The position numbers were made by a program, and so were the translations under genes. From assembly GCA_964016885.1 (NCBI GenBank), contig OZ024742.1, positions 371,442,001-371,506,000 on the forward strand: DNA of 64,000 bases. Reading direction: 5' to 3'. Below, piece by piece: positions 31,601 through 43,723 of the stretch. Positions within the stretch are counted from its first letter, which is position 1, and each line of letters begins with the position of its first letter. This DNA comes from Eledone cirrhosa. Taxonomy: Eukaryota. Below the pieces are notes generated by a model that saw only the letters and a program-made list of their open reading frames with translations, made no database searches and was not told the origin of the DNA.

Positions 31601-34600
31601 CACCACCACCAACACTACAACCACCACCACCACAACCACCACCACCAACACTACAACCACCACCACCACCACTACAACCACCACCACCACCACTACAACC
31701 ACCACCACCAACACTACAACCACCACCACCACCACTACAAGCACCACCACCACCACTACAACCACCACCACCAACACTACAACCACCACCACTACAACCA
31801 CCACCACCAACACTACAACCACCACCACCACCACTACAACCACAACCACCACCACCAACACTACAACCACCACCACTACAACCACCACCACCACCACTAC
31901 AACCACCACCACCAACACTTCAACCACCACCACTACAACCACCACCACCACCACCACTACAACCACCACCACCACCACCACCACCACCAACACTACAACC
32001 ACCACCACCAACACTACAACCACCACCACTACAACCACCACCACCAACACTACAACCACCACCACCACCACTACAACCACCACCACCACCACTACAACCA
32101 CCACCACCACCACTACAACCACCACCACCAACACTTCAACCACCACCACTACAACCACCACCACCACCACTACAACCACCACCACCACCACCACCACCAA
32201 CACTACAACCACCAACACTACAACCACCAACACTACAACCACCACCACTACAACCACCACCACCAACACTACAACCACCACCACCACCACCACCACCACC
32301 AACACTACAACCACCACCACCAACACTACAACCACCACCACTACAACCACCACCACCAACACTACAACCACCACCACCAACACTACAACCACCACCACTA
32401 CAACCACCACCACCACCACTACAACCACCACCACCAACACTACAACCACCACCACTACAACCACCACCACCACCACCACTACAACCACCACCACCACCAC
32501 TACAACCACCACCACCACCACCACCAACACTACAACCACCACCACCAACACTACAACCACCACCACTACAACCACCAACACCGCCACTACAACCACCACC
32601 ACTAACACTACAACCACCACCACCACCACCACCACCAACACTACAACCACCACCACTACAACCACCACCACCGCCACTACAACCACCACCACCACCACCA
32701 CTACAACCACCACCACCACCACTACAACCACCACCGCCAACACTACAACCACCATCACCACTACAACCACCACCACCACCACTACAACCACCACCACCAC
32801 CACTACAACCACCACCACAACCACCACCACCAACACTACAACCACCACCACCACCACTACAACCACCACCACCACCACTACAACCACCACCACCACCACC
32901 ACCACTACAACCACCACCACCACCACTACAACCACCACCACCACCACTACAACAACCACCACCACCACCACCACCACCACCACCACCACCACTACAACCA
33001 CCACCACCAACACTACAACCACCACCACCACCACTACAACCACCACCACCACCATCACCACCACCACTACAACCACCACCACCAACACTACAACCACCAC
33101 CACCACCACTACAACCACCACCACCACCACCACCACCACCACCACTACAACCACTACCACCACCACTACAACCACCACCACCACCACCACCACCACCACC
33201 ACTACAACCACCACCACCAACACTACAACCACCACCACCACTACAACCACCACCACCAACACTACAACCACCACCACCAACACTTCAACCACCACCACTA
33301 CAACCACCACCACCACCACTACATCCACCACCACCACCACCACCAACACTACAACCACCACCACCAACACTACAACCACCACCACTACAACCACCACCAC
33401 CAACACTACAACCACCACCACTACAACCACCACCACCACTACAACCACCACCACCACCACCAACACTACAACCACCACCACTACAACCACCACCACCGCC
33501 ACTACAACCACCACCACCACCACCACTACAACCACCACCACCACCACTACAACCACCACCGCCAACACTACAACCACCATCACCACTACAACCACCACCA
33601 CCACCACTACAACCACCACCACCACCACTACAACCACCACCACAACCACCACCACCAACACTACAACCACCACCACCACCACTACAACCACCACCACCAA
33701 CACTACAACCACCACCACCACCACCACCACTACAACCACCACCACCACCACTACAACCACCACCACCACCACTACAACCACCACCACCACCACCACCACC
33801 ACCACCACCACTACAACCACCACCACCAACACTACAACCACCACCACCACCACTACAACCACCACCACCACCACCACCACCACCACTACAACCACCACCA
33901 CCAACACTACAACCACCACCACCACCACTACAACCACCACCACCACCACCACCACCACCACCACTACAACCACCACCACCACCACTACAACCACCACCAC
34001 CTCCACCACCACCACCACCACTACAACCACCACCACCAACACTACAACCACCACCACCAGTACAACCACCACCACCACCACTACAACCACCACCACCAAC
34101 ACTTCAACCACCACCACTACAACCACCACCACCACCACTACATCCACCACCACCACCACCACCAACACTACAACCACCACCACCAACACTACAACCACCA
34201 CAACTACAACCACCACCACCAACACTACAACCACCACCACCACCACTACAACCACCACCACCAACACTACAACCACCACCACTACAAACACCACCACCAC
34301 TACAACCACCACCACCACCACCAACACTACAACCACCACCACCAACACTACAACCACCACCACTACAACCACCACCACCAACACTACAACCACCACCACC
34401 ACCACCACTACGACCACCACCACTACAACCACCACCACCAACACTACAACCACCACCACCACCACCACTACAACCACCACCACCACCACTACAACCACCA
34501 CCACCAACACTACAACCACCACCACTACAACCACCACCACCAACACTACAACCACCACCACCACCACTACAACCACAACCACCACCACCAACACTACAAC

Positions 34601-36957
34601 CACTACCACTACAACCACCACCACCACCACCACTACAACCACCACCACCACCACTACAACCACCACCACCACCACCACCACCACCACCACCAACACTACA
34701 ACCACCACCACCAACACTACAACCACCACCACTACAACCACCACCACCAACACTACAACCACCACCACCACTACAACCACCACCACCACCACTACAACCA
34801 CCACCACCAACACTACAACCACCACCACCACCACTACAACCACCACCACCACCACCACTACAACCACCACCACCAACACTACAACCACCACCACTACAAC
34901 CACCACCACCAACACTACAACCACCACCACCACCACTACAACCACAACCACCACCACCAACACTACAACCACCACCACTACAACCACCACCACCACCACT
35001 ACAACCACCACCACCAACACTTCAACCACCACCACCACCACTACAACCACCACCACCACCACTACAACCACCACCACCACCACCACCAACACTACAACCA
35101 CCACCACCAACACTACAACCACCACCACTACAACCACCACCACCGCCACTACAACCACCACCACCAACACTACAACCACCACCACCACCACCACCAACAC
35201 TACAACCACCACCACTACAACCACCACCACCGCCACTACAACCACCACCACCACCACCACTACAACCACCACCACGACCACTAGAACCACCACCGCCAAC
35301 ACTACAACCACCATCACCACTACAACCACCACCACCACCACTACAACCACCACCACCAACACTACAACCACCACCACCACCACTACAACCACCACCACCA
35401 CCACTACAACCACCACCACAACCACCAACACCAACACTACAACCACCACTACCACCACTACAACCACCACCACCACCACTACAACCACCACCACCACCAC
35501 CACTACAACCACCACCACCACCACTACAACCACCACCACCACCACTACAACCACCACCACCACCACCACCACCACCACCACCACCACCACCACCACCACC
35601 ACTACAACCACCACCACCAACACTACAACCACCACCACCACCACTACAACCACCACCACCACCACCACCACCACCACCACCACCACCACCACCACCACTA
35701 CAACCACCACCACCAACACTACAACCACCATCACCACCACTACAACCACCACCACTACAACCACCACCACCACCACTACAACCACCAACACCACCACCAC
35801 CAACACTACAACCACCACCACCAACACTACAACCACCACCACTACAACCACCACCACCGCCACTACAACCACCACCACCAACACTACAACCACCACCACC
35901 ACCACTACAACCACCACCACCACCACCACCACCACCACCACTACAACCACCACCACCAACACTGCAACCACCACCACCACCACTACAACCACCACCACTA
36001 CCACCACCACCACCACCACTACAACCACCACCACCACCACTACAACCACCACCACCACCACCACCACTACAACCACCACCACCACCACTACAACCACCAC
36101 CACCACCACCACCACCACCACCACCACCACCACCACCACTACAACCACCACCACCAACACTTCAACCACCACCACTACAACCACCACCACTACAACCACC
36201 ACCACTACAACCACCACCACCGCCACCACCACCACCAACACTACAACCACCACCACTACTACCACCACCACCACCACCACCACTACAACCACCACCACCA
36301 CCACCACCACCACCACCACTACAACCACCACCACCACCACTACAACCACCACCACCAACACTACAACCACCACCACCACTACAACCACCACCACTACAAC
36401 AACCACCACCAACACTACAACCACCACCACCAACACTACAACCACCACCACCACCACTACAACCACCACCACCACCACTACAACCACCACCACCACCACT
36501 TCAACCACCACCACTACAACCACCACCACCAACACTACAACCACCACCACCACCACTTCAACCACCACCACTACAACCACCACCACCAACACTACAACCA
36601 CCACCACCACTACAACCACCACCACCAACACTACAACCACCACCACCAACACTACAACCACCACCACCAACACTTCAACCACCACCACCACTACAACCAC
36701 CACCACCAACACTACAACCACCACCACCACCACTTCAACCACCACCACTACAACCACCACCACCAACACTACAACCACCACCACCACCACTTCAACCACC
36801 ACCACTACAACCACCACCACCACCACCACCACCACCACCACCACCACTACAACCACCACCACCACCACAACAACCACCACCACCACCACCACAACCACCA
36901 CCACTAACACTACAACCACCACCACCACCACTACAACCACCACCACCACCACCACTA
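10690..36957. repeat. ~26-kb compound ACN-triplet array: (ACC)n punctuated by ACT-ACA and AAC-ACT-ACA
   Basis: Seen directly. Reads poly-Thr(+Asn) on + and poly-Val on -. Phase is unbroken over ~13520-23590 and ~30005-36957. Confidence 0.97.
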
Positions 36958-37042
36958 AAGCCAGACAGACTAAAAAAAGGGCCAGAAATTTAAAATATTT
37001 ACTGAGAGTGAGAATCAAATTAAATGGGAGCTAATGTGTGTG

Positions 37043-37172
37043 TACATACATACATACATACATACATACATACATACATACATACATACATGTATGTATG
37101 TATGTATGTATGTATGTATGTATGTATGTATGTATGTATGTATGTATGTATGTATGTATGTATGTATGTATG
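37043..37172. repeat. Head-to-head (TACA)n/(TGTA)n microsatellite palindrome
   Basis: Strand switch at 37090/37091. Confidence 0.95.
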
Positions 37173-37915
37173 TTTTCTCTTTCTCTTAATTTCGAGTATA
37201 TTTTTTTGACCGGCCACCTTCCTGGTGGCAAGGTTGTAAAAGAAAAGAAATTGTCATCCCTTGAATCGCATATTTTGAAGGTGCCAGCTATCGCAGCCAT
37301 TTGTAGACTATGAATTAGGGAGCTGCGCTTTTTGTCCGCAAATCCAAGTTCGGTCATACTTTGGTCCAAGCGGGTTGGTATATAACCCGTAGCACCAATA
37401 ATGATGGGTATGAAGCTAAAGGTGTATCTTGGATACTGGATTTGTAAGCTCCTCATCAATGGTCCGTAGATGTCCTCCTTCTCCTGTATTTTTCTGACAA
37501 CGTTTACATCAAGTGGGCAGCTGATCTCCACAACAGAACACGTTTTCAATGTGTGGTCCCAAACTACAATATCAGGCCGGTTGTGCTTTAATTTGGGGGC
37601 AGTTTTTATTTTCAGGTTCCACCAGTATTCCTTAGTGCCATCTGTCTCAATATATTCTTCCTCGTTTGTTGTTAATTTTGTTTTCCGAAGTGCGTTCCAG
37701 ATAGTTCTAGCTATCCCATCGTGTCTCATGGGGAGGTAGTAGCGAGATGACATTCTTTCGCAGCTGGCAACAATGTGGCTTACATCCTCGATCTTTGTTT
37801 TACATAGCCTACATTTATTGTCAGCTGCTGGCCCTCCTCTTTTGTGCAGCAGATATTTGGTAGGGAGTTCTTGTTCCTGTATTGCATAGAGATATCCCTC
37901 AAGGTGTGATGTCAT
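37173..37915 (-). mobile_element. 5'-truncated R4/Dong-like non-LTR retrotransposon (CCHC knuckle + restriction-like endonuclease)
   Basis: Open frame with AIQEQ, CRLC-x8-H-x4-C, RHD, NRPDIVV, VEISCP, EKEDIY, IIIGATG; (TATG)n on both sides. Confidence 0.85.
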
Positions 37916-37920
37916 GTATG

Positions 37921-37954
<34 letters not shown>

Positions 37955-37965
37955 TGTATGTATGT

Positions 37966-38210
37966 GCTCACTATAAAAGCTTCACGGCACAGGCATTGCT
38001 TTATATCTGGAGATCTCCCTGCATTTGTCGTCACATGATACCATGGGCCCAGCACTAAGTGTCAATAATTGTCACAAGTGTAGTGTTTGTACCAGAGTTT
38101 TCAAGTCGCTGGCTGGACTAAAAAGTCACACTCGTTCAGCGCATCGGTAGGGGTTCTCCTACATGGATATAAAGTAGTGGCCATACTCGAAAACGAGTTG
38201 GCAGCCACCA
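37966..38210 (+). mobile_element. 3' end of a LINE (RTE-like) with terminal C2H2 finger and (TGTA)n tail
   Basis: 38079-38150 encodes CSVCTRVFKSLAGLKSHTRSAHR*, followed by a short UTR and (TGTA)n. Confidence 0.6.
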
Positions 38211-38870
38211 TGTATGTATGTATGTATGTATGTATGTATGTATGTATGTATGTATGTATGTATGTATGTATGTATGTACGTACGTACGTACGTACGTACG
38301 TATGTATGTATGTATGTATGTATGTATGTGTGTGTGTACATGCATGTATATATGTATATAGATGTATGTATGTGTACATGTATGTATGTATATGTGTATG
38401 TATGTATGTATGTGTGTGTACATGTGTGTATGTATGTATGTATGTAAGAAAGTATGTGTGATGAATGTGTGTGTTTATGTGCGCATGTGTATGAATGCAT
38501 GTGCCGATATAATGTCACAACGTGTGTATGCAAGTATGAGTGTATGTGTATGTGTGCCTGTGTGTACAGGTGTATCTCAATGTATGTGTATGAGTTCATT
38601 TATGCGAATACGTGCATGTATATGTGTGTGTGTGTGCGCGCGCACACACACAGTAAATAGGCAGGGTATGGGAAAGAGGAGGTGGGAAAAAGAGAGAGAT
38701 TATGGGAGATAGAAAGAGAGGGTGGGAGAGTTAGAAAGAGAGGGTGGGAGAAAGAGAGAGATGGTGGGAGAGAGAAAGAGGAGTGGGAAAGAGAAAGTGG
38801 GAGAGAAAGAGAGTGGGTAAGAGAGAGAGAGAAAGAGGGTGGTAGAGAGAGGTGGGGTCAGGAAAGGACG
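38210..38870. repeat. Compound microsatellites (TGTA)n, (GTAC)n, (TG)n, then a GA-rich tract
   Basis: Seen directly. Confidence 0.9.
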
Positions 38871-38940
38871 GATTAAAAGCAAGTATGTCTTCTAATGTAA
38901 GTTAATGTGTACATATTGAGGTAATGGGGTGAGCTGCCCT

Positions 38941-39015
38941 CCAATTAGTTTAAAGGACGAGGAGGGGGTTGGCAGTGTTATAAAAGAAGGTAACCATTAC
39001 AGCTACCCCCAGTTG
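38941..39015 (+). promoter_or_regulatory. Candidate Pol II core promoter (CCAAT, TATA, Inr-like)
   Basis: CCAAT at 38941, TATAAAAG at 38979-38986, CCAGTT with its A at 39011 (32 nt after the TATA start); 2.9 kb upstream of the protease ATG. Confidence 0.3.
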
Positions 39016-39979
39016 GTTTTTCGGGGGAAAAAAACAGTTAAATGTCGTCCGTCAGTCGCAGCAGTTGGCTTGTGATAACTTCAAACAAATATTAGTTTGT
39101 AACTGTATTATTAGCATTATCATCTGACCCCTTCTTTACAAACGACCACTGTCATGAGTAGTTTTACAGGACCAGCTTCTGGGAACCTGTTCGGTGTACT
39201 TACTGTAATAGGCCGAGGATAAAGACAGCTTAACGAATGTTTACTTCTCCTAAACACTTAAACACACAGAAAAGAAGAAACACGCATACATACACGTTAG
39301 AAAAAAAGATAAAAGAAACTCTTTACATTCGTTTTTTTCCACCCCCCGAGAAAAGATATTCTTTTGATGAGACGTGGTAATGTTTCCGGAGGTTTGAAAT
39401 GAATGTCCCGGAGAAATGACAAGCGAAAGGAGATGATAGCAACAACAAGAATGGTTTGGTGCCATAAACCCATCAAAATGAAAAAGAAAAAGTTGATGGG
39501 TTCCCCTAATCGTTGATCCATTTCTACGTATAAACCTGAGAATTTTGAAAGATAGTTTATTTCACTTCTTATAAGATAAATTGTCAGGGTTGATTTGAAA
39601 GCTGATGTGGATTGTTGAAAGTAACGCCAGCCCGTATTCATCTACAACGGAGAATTTAAAATTCAATTTAACAAAAGTTTTTTTTTTTAATGATCTCATT
39701 TAATTATTGACCAACAATAATTACCACATTACAGACGTTTTTCTTACAACGATGGCTTAACTGTGAGAGAGAGATTGTATTGAGACCTAAACAAGCTTAC
39801 ACCTGTCTCTTCACAATAAATCGGCTATTTTCCGACACCCAGTCTTAAAAGTACGAAGTAAAATTTTATTCACATAAATTATCAAAAGATTAACAATTTC
39901 AGAAGAAAGTAATCAAGGAAAAGTAAAACAAAAGACAAGAAAGATATACGGTAAATTGTTATTCCCAGTTATATAAATA

Positions 39980-40050
39980 ACTGTTTCTACTTTTGGCACA
40001 AGGCCAGCAATTCCCCAGTGCATTACTGGTACTTTATTTTATCGACCCCG
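39980..40050 (-). mobile_element. 5'-truncated tRNA-derived SINE
   Basis: Family 3' consensus. Confidence 0.75.
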
Positions 40051-40144
40051 TTATAAATTGTTCACAATTCATTCAGAATGGAAATATAAACACAAACAAG
40101 GAATTATGGAGTGACCTTAAAAAATGTTATGAGGCAAGTGAAGA

Positions 40145-40450
40145 CATTCACGGTATTGTTGCGAGTGATAGCACCCTCACCTCATACTTCTGTAAGGTGA
40201 GCCGCCAACAATGACAACAACCTCATTGCCTGCCACCCAGCTTCCGCCGAAAGTCTTGAATATCACAGATCGAAGATAAAAGGAATAATAATTTGCTGAT
40301 ATTTCCAGGAATTTTTTTTAATTTTATTCCATTTAGCTATAGATGTAGTGACCCCAACTGGTTATAGTGACCCCCACTGGCTATCGATGTGACCCTCACT
40401 GGCTATAGATGTGACCCTCGCTGGCTATAAATGTAGTGACCCTCACTTCT
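40145..40450 (-). mobile_element. Heavily decayed CRE-like fragment with short internal tandem repeats
   Basis: gtaaggtgagccgccaacaatgacaac resembles ~9274-9300; repeated tggctatagatgt(agt)gaccc at ~40336-40445. Confidence 0.45.
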
Positions 40451-41129
40451 TATCCTGGAATATCATACAAACAATAATTATATTCATATAATTTCTGTTC
40501 TGTTTTTAAACCAATTCTTGCCAACTTTTGAAATATTTTCGAAATTACTCGGAATTTTATGCTACATTTTAATTTATTGGAAAAAGAAAGAAAACATTTC
40601 TCGCAAAGATAAAATATTTTTAGCTTTCCAATTATGGACACATATTTTTGAGCAGAATATTTTGTTCAACCATCTATGTATATTTAATTTATGTTGTTGG
40701 ACCAACGACGAGTGCCCCAGTTATTTGAACTACGGAGCAGCCAGCTGGGAGGATTACACTGACACCCTTAATGGAGTTCTCAGGGAGACTCAGCCAACAC
40801 TGTGTGACAAAGCTGGCCGTTTGAATTACATTTACCATCCATCTTATTTATAATGTAAGTAGCTGAATATTCCACAGATACGTGCACCCAACTCAGTTCT
40901 CAGGGAGATTCAGTGCGATACAGTATGTAACAAGGCTGGGTGGGGCACAGTCTCTCTTGTATTGTAAGTGGCTGGCTGAGAATTTCATAGACACGTGCAC
41001 CCTTAACACAGATCTCAGGGGGATTCGGGATGTGACAAGATTGGTGGCTTTTTAAATTACAGGTACGACTAATGTCAGTGTTGCAGCATATATACAAACT
41101 TTATTTGCATATTACAATTGTTTCGATAT

Positions 41130-41290
41130 CGATCAGCTCAGTGTAGAATCAATTTGGCGGAGCTGACTCTTTTTCGACATCTCATCGGATATGCGAGCGT
41201 GTGCAAAGACATATGCTGTATATATATTTAGCAGTTGAGTGGACTGGAGCAACGGGAAATAATATCTTGCTGAAGGACAAGCCGCACCGA
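41130..41290 (-). mobile_element. CORE-like SINE fragment
   Basis: Minus strand tgtccttcagcaagatattatttcccgttgctccagtccactcaactg; same type as 61117-61340. Confidence 0.55.
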
Positions 41291-41359
41291 TATATTTATA
41301 TATTAGACATGTACAAAAATACATCTCTCTAGCTCCTTACCTATATATATTATTTCTCT

Positions 41360-41444
41360 TTGCCTTTCATCCTTACGGGGTCGATAAAATAAAGTACCAG
41401 TAATACACTGGGTAATTGCTGGCCTTGTGCCAAAAGTAGAAACA
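41360..41444 (+). mobile_element. 5'-truncated tRNA-derived SINE with 11-bp TSD
   Basis: TSD attatttctct at 41349-41359 and 41445-41455. Confidence 0.85.
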
Positions 41445-41691
41445 ATTATTTCTCTATATCATTATGATCAGTTATTCAAATTATCAGCAGCCATGAAATA
41501 TTATAGTTAGAAATAAATCCATAATTTTAATAGTTGAAACATATTGAATTTTGAAGCTGTTCATGAAATCCTGCTACATACCCGTTTATGTAACCATATT
41601 GAACAATACCTCGTCTGTATACCCACTCTGTAATCATGCATCAAGCACTACCTTGGTTTGTGGTCTTCCCCGGCATTACACCGTAGATATT

Positions 41692-41729
<38 letters not shown>

Positions 41730-41913
41730 TCACACACACACATACATACATATATATATTTATATATACATATAAACACACACACATATATACATTCGCA
41801 CACACACACACACATATATTTACATAAAAACCCACATATATACATATACGTGTGTGCACGTATATATATATATACACATAACCACACATGTATGATATGT
41901 AAAAGAACCTAGA

Positions 41914-42502
41914 ATGTTATTTCTACAAACTATAGTAATATTATTAGCCATCTTCTTAAACGTCTGTTCAACTCGCAGATATTTCTTTCGATGGCGGAGC
42001 AGACGTTTTATGCCTGTTGCCAAATTCCCTTGTACATCAAAGGACATGCAATGGGTGAGACACCCTTTTAACTGTTCCATGTATTACGTATGTGGACACG
42101 GTGTGCCCCATCAGATGCCTGCTTGCCCCATGGATAGAGTGTGGTCTAACAAAGTTACTAACTGTGTCCCTGTGGGCTCCAGGTGGGACGATTGTCAAAC
42201 AATAGGAAGAAAGGAAACGAACTCCTCCACCGGAATTAAGGACAAAAGCCCAGCCATGACCACTGACAGACCAGCAGTTACTCACCCCGGTAGATCTCGC
42301 TCTTCCATGTTTTCTTTCTTGTTCTCTACCGAGGTAGTAAGTACAGCCTCCCAACTAACCATACATCCATCGAACTCTATTAAGGGACACTCAGATTTAA
42401 CCCCTACATCAAAGCAATGGAGGTATTCTACATTTGGGAAACAGTGGAAAGAAGGACCCTCAACATCGGTTCAAGGCAACCTTTCAACACGAACACCCAT
42501 AG
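41914..42502 (+). CDS. First coding exon: signal peptide + chitin-binding type-2 (CBM14) domain + Ser/Thr-rich linker of a secreted serine protease
   Basis: ATG; hydrophobic MLFLQTIVILLAIFLNVCST; C-x13-C-x5-C-x10-C-x12-C-x9-C with HP..C..YY.C; donor AG|GTAAGA at 42502/42503, phase 1. Confidence 0.85.
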
Positions 42503-42573
42503 GTAAGACCTATTATTGCTCTCTCTCTTGTTTTTAAAAATATTTATTAACATGTTTATTATATACTATCTAA

Positions 42574-42744
42574 GGGCGGTGGTTTGGCAGTATCGGTAGT
42601 CAAACACCATAGAGTTACGGCCCTTTATGATCTGAGTTCAAATCCCGCCGAGGTTAACTTTGCCTTTCATCCTTACGGGGTCGATAAAATAAAGTACCAG
42701 TAATGTACTGAGTAATTGCTGGCCTTGTGCCTAAAGTAGAAACA
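42574..42744 (+). mobile_element. tRNA-derived SINE with 16-bp TSD
   Basis: TSD attatatactatctaa at 42558-42573 and 42745-42760. Confidence 0.9.
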
Positions 42745-43242
42745 ATTATATACTATCTAACTCAGGCCAGATAAATGGAGAGTAAAGGGGGCAACTGCCT
42801 CGGGTCTCCTACAGTGGAGTGGCCCCACCAGCGTCAGCCGTAGCAATTTATTTGTTCCCTCTGCTGGGCTTTTTAGTTTTAGGATGGTTAGAATTTTTTA
42901 ATTTAATGTCTGTATGTATAACTTTTCAATTCCAATTACTTGTGCCAAGCTAACTTTGATATGTAAATTTAGGGGGTTTGCTGTGTATTCTAATTTTTGT
43001 GTATGAGGGGCTCCCCAAACCTGAAGTGTCCTTGGCCCCCAAGGTCTAAATTCAACCCTGATCAAACTTCCGCTGACATTCCACGGTTTAATTAGATACA
43101 ACCACCAAGTATTAAGAACAATATGACATCTTAAATGTTTCATTTATAACTTATGTATAACTACACAAATATATTCAGTATTCAATTACATGTATACAAC
43201 CCAACAAAATAAGTCAAATAACTTTAACAAATTACTTAAACT

Positions 43243-43723
43243 ACCAACGCCCTCAGTTTTGAAACCGTCTGGGTTGTCCAGAATTGATGGGAAAATACCC
43301 GATGGCCTTACCCTGTGCCCCTGGTTTAGAGGCAGGTGTCTTATCTGGGATGTCACAGTTAGTGACACTTTTGCTTCTTCCCACATCTTGTGGTTAGAGC
43401 AAGAGCTACAGTATCCGCAGCTGAACGGAACAAAATCCTAAAATACCGTGATCTGTCGCTTAACTACATTTTCCAGCCTGTGGCATTCGAGACGTCTGGG
43501 GGAAGTCGAGCTACTGACCGCAAGGTTCTTATCTTCACTGGCGGCTCACCTAACAGAGGTAACTGGTGTTGCTCGTGGGGCGGTTGGGTTCCAGTGCATC
43601 AGCCTCGCCATCACCCAAGGTAACGCTGTGAACATGCTGGATTGAGAGGTTTCCCAGTGCTCCTCGCGATATTATCTTTTGCTCTGGTAGTGGTTCGTTT
43701 GTTCACCCCTTTCGCCTGCCTTT
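43243..43723 (+). mobile_element. CRE-like non-LTR retrotransposon 3' relic
   Basis: [42 protein letters not shown] / AERNKILKY...FQPVAFETSG / ISLAITQGNA across frameshifts; same family as 9020-10010. Confidence 0.8.

Noticed and set aside
10645-37018. Giant poly-Val and Gly/Cys ORFs on the minus strand (up to 3364 aa)
   Set aside because: Automatic readings of the GTN/GGT triplet array; thousands of consecutive valines are not a plausible protein.
37020-38882. HTYI/MYVC/ER-repeat ORFs
   Set aside because: Translations of microsatellites.
42503-42537. C-terminal GKTYYCSLSCF of the 207-aa ORF as a standalone protein end
   Set aside because: Lies past a strong AG|GTAAGA donor whose phase matches the next exon; likely intronic read-through.
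42763-43060. hAT-type MITE
   Set aside because: CAGG...CCTG-like ends, but the TIRs are too degenerate and no 8-bp TSD could be read.
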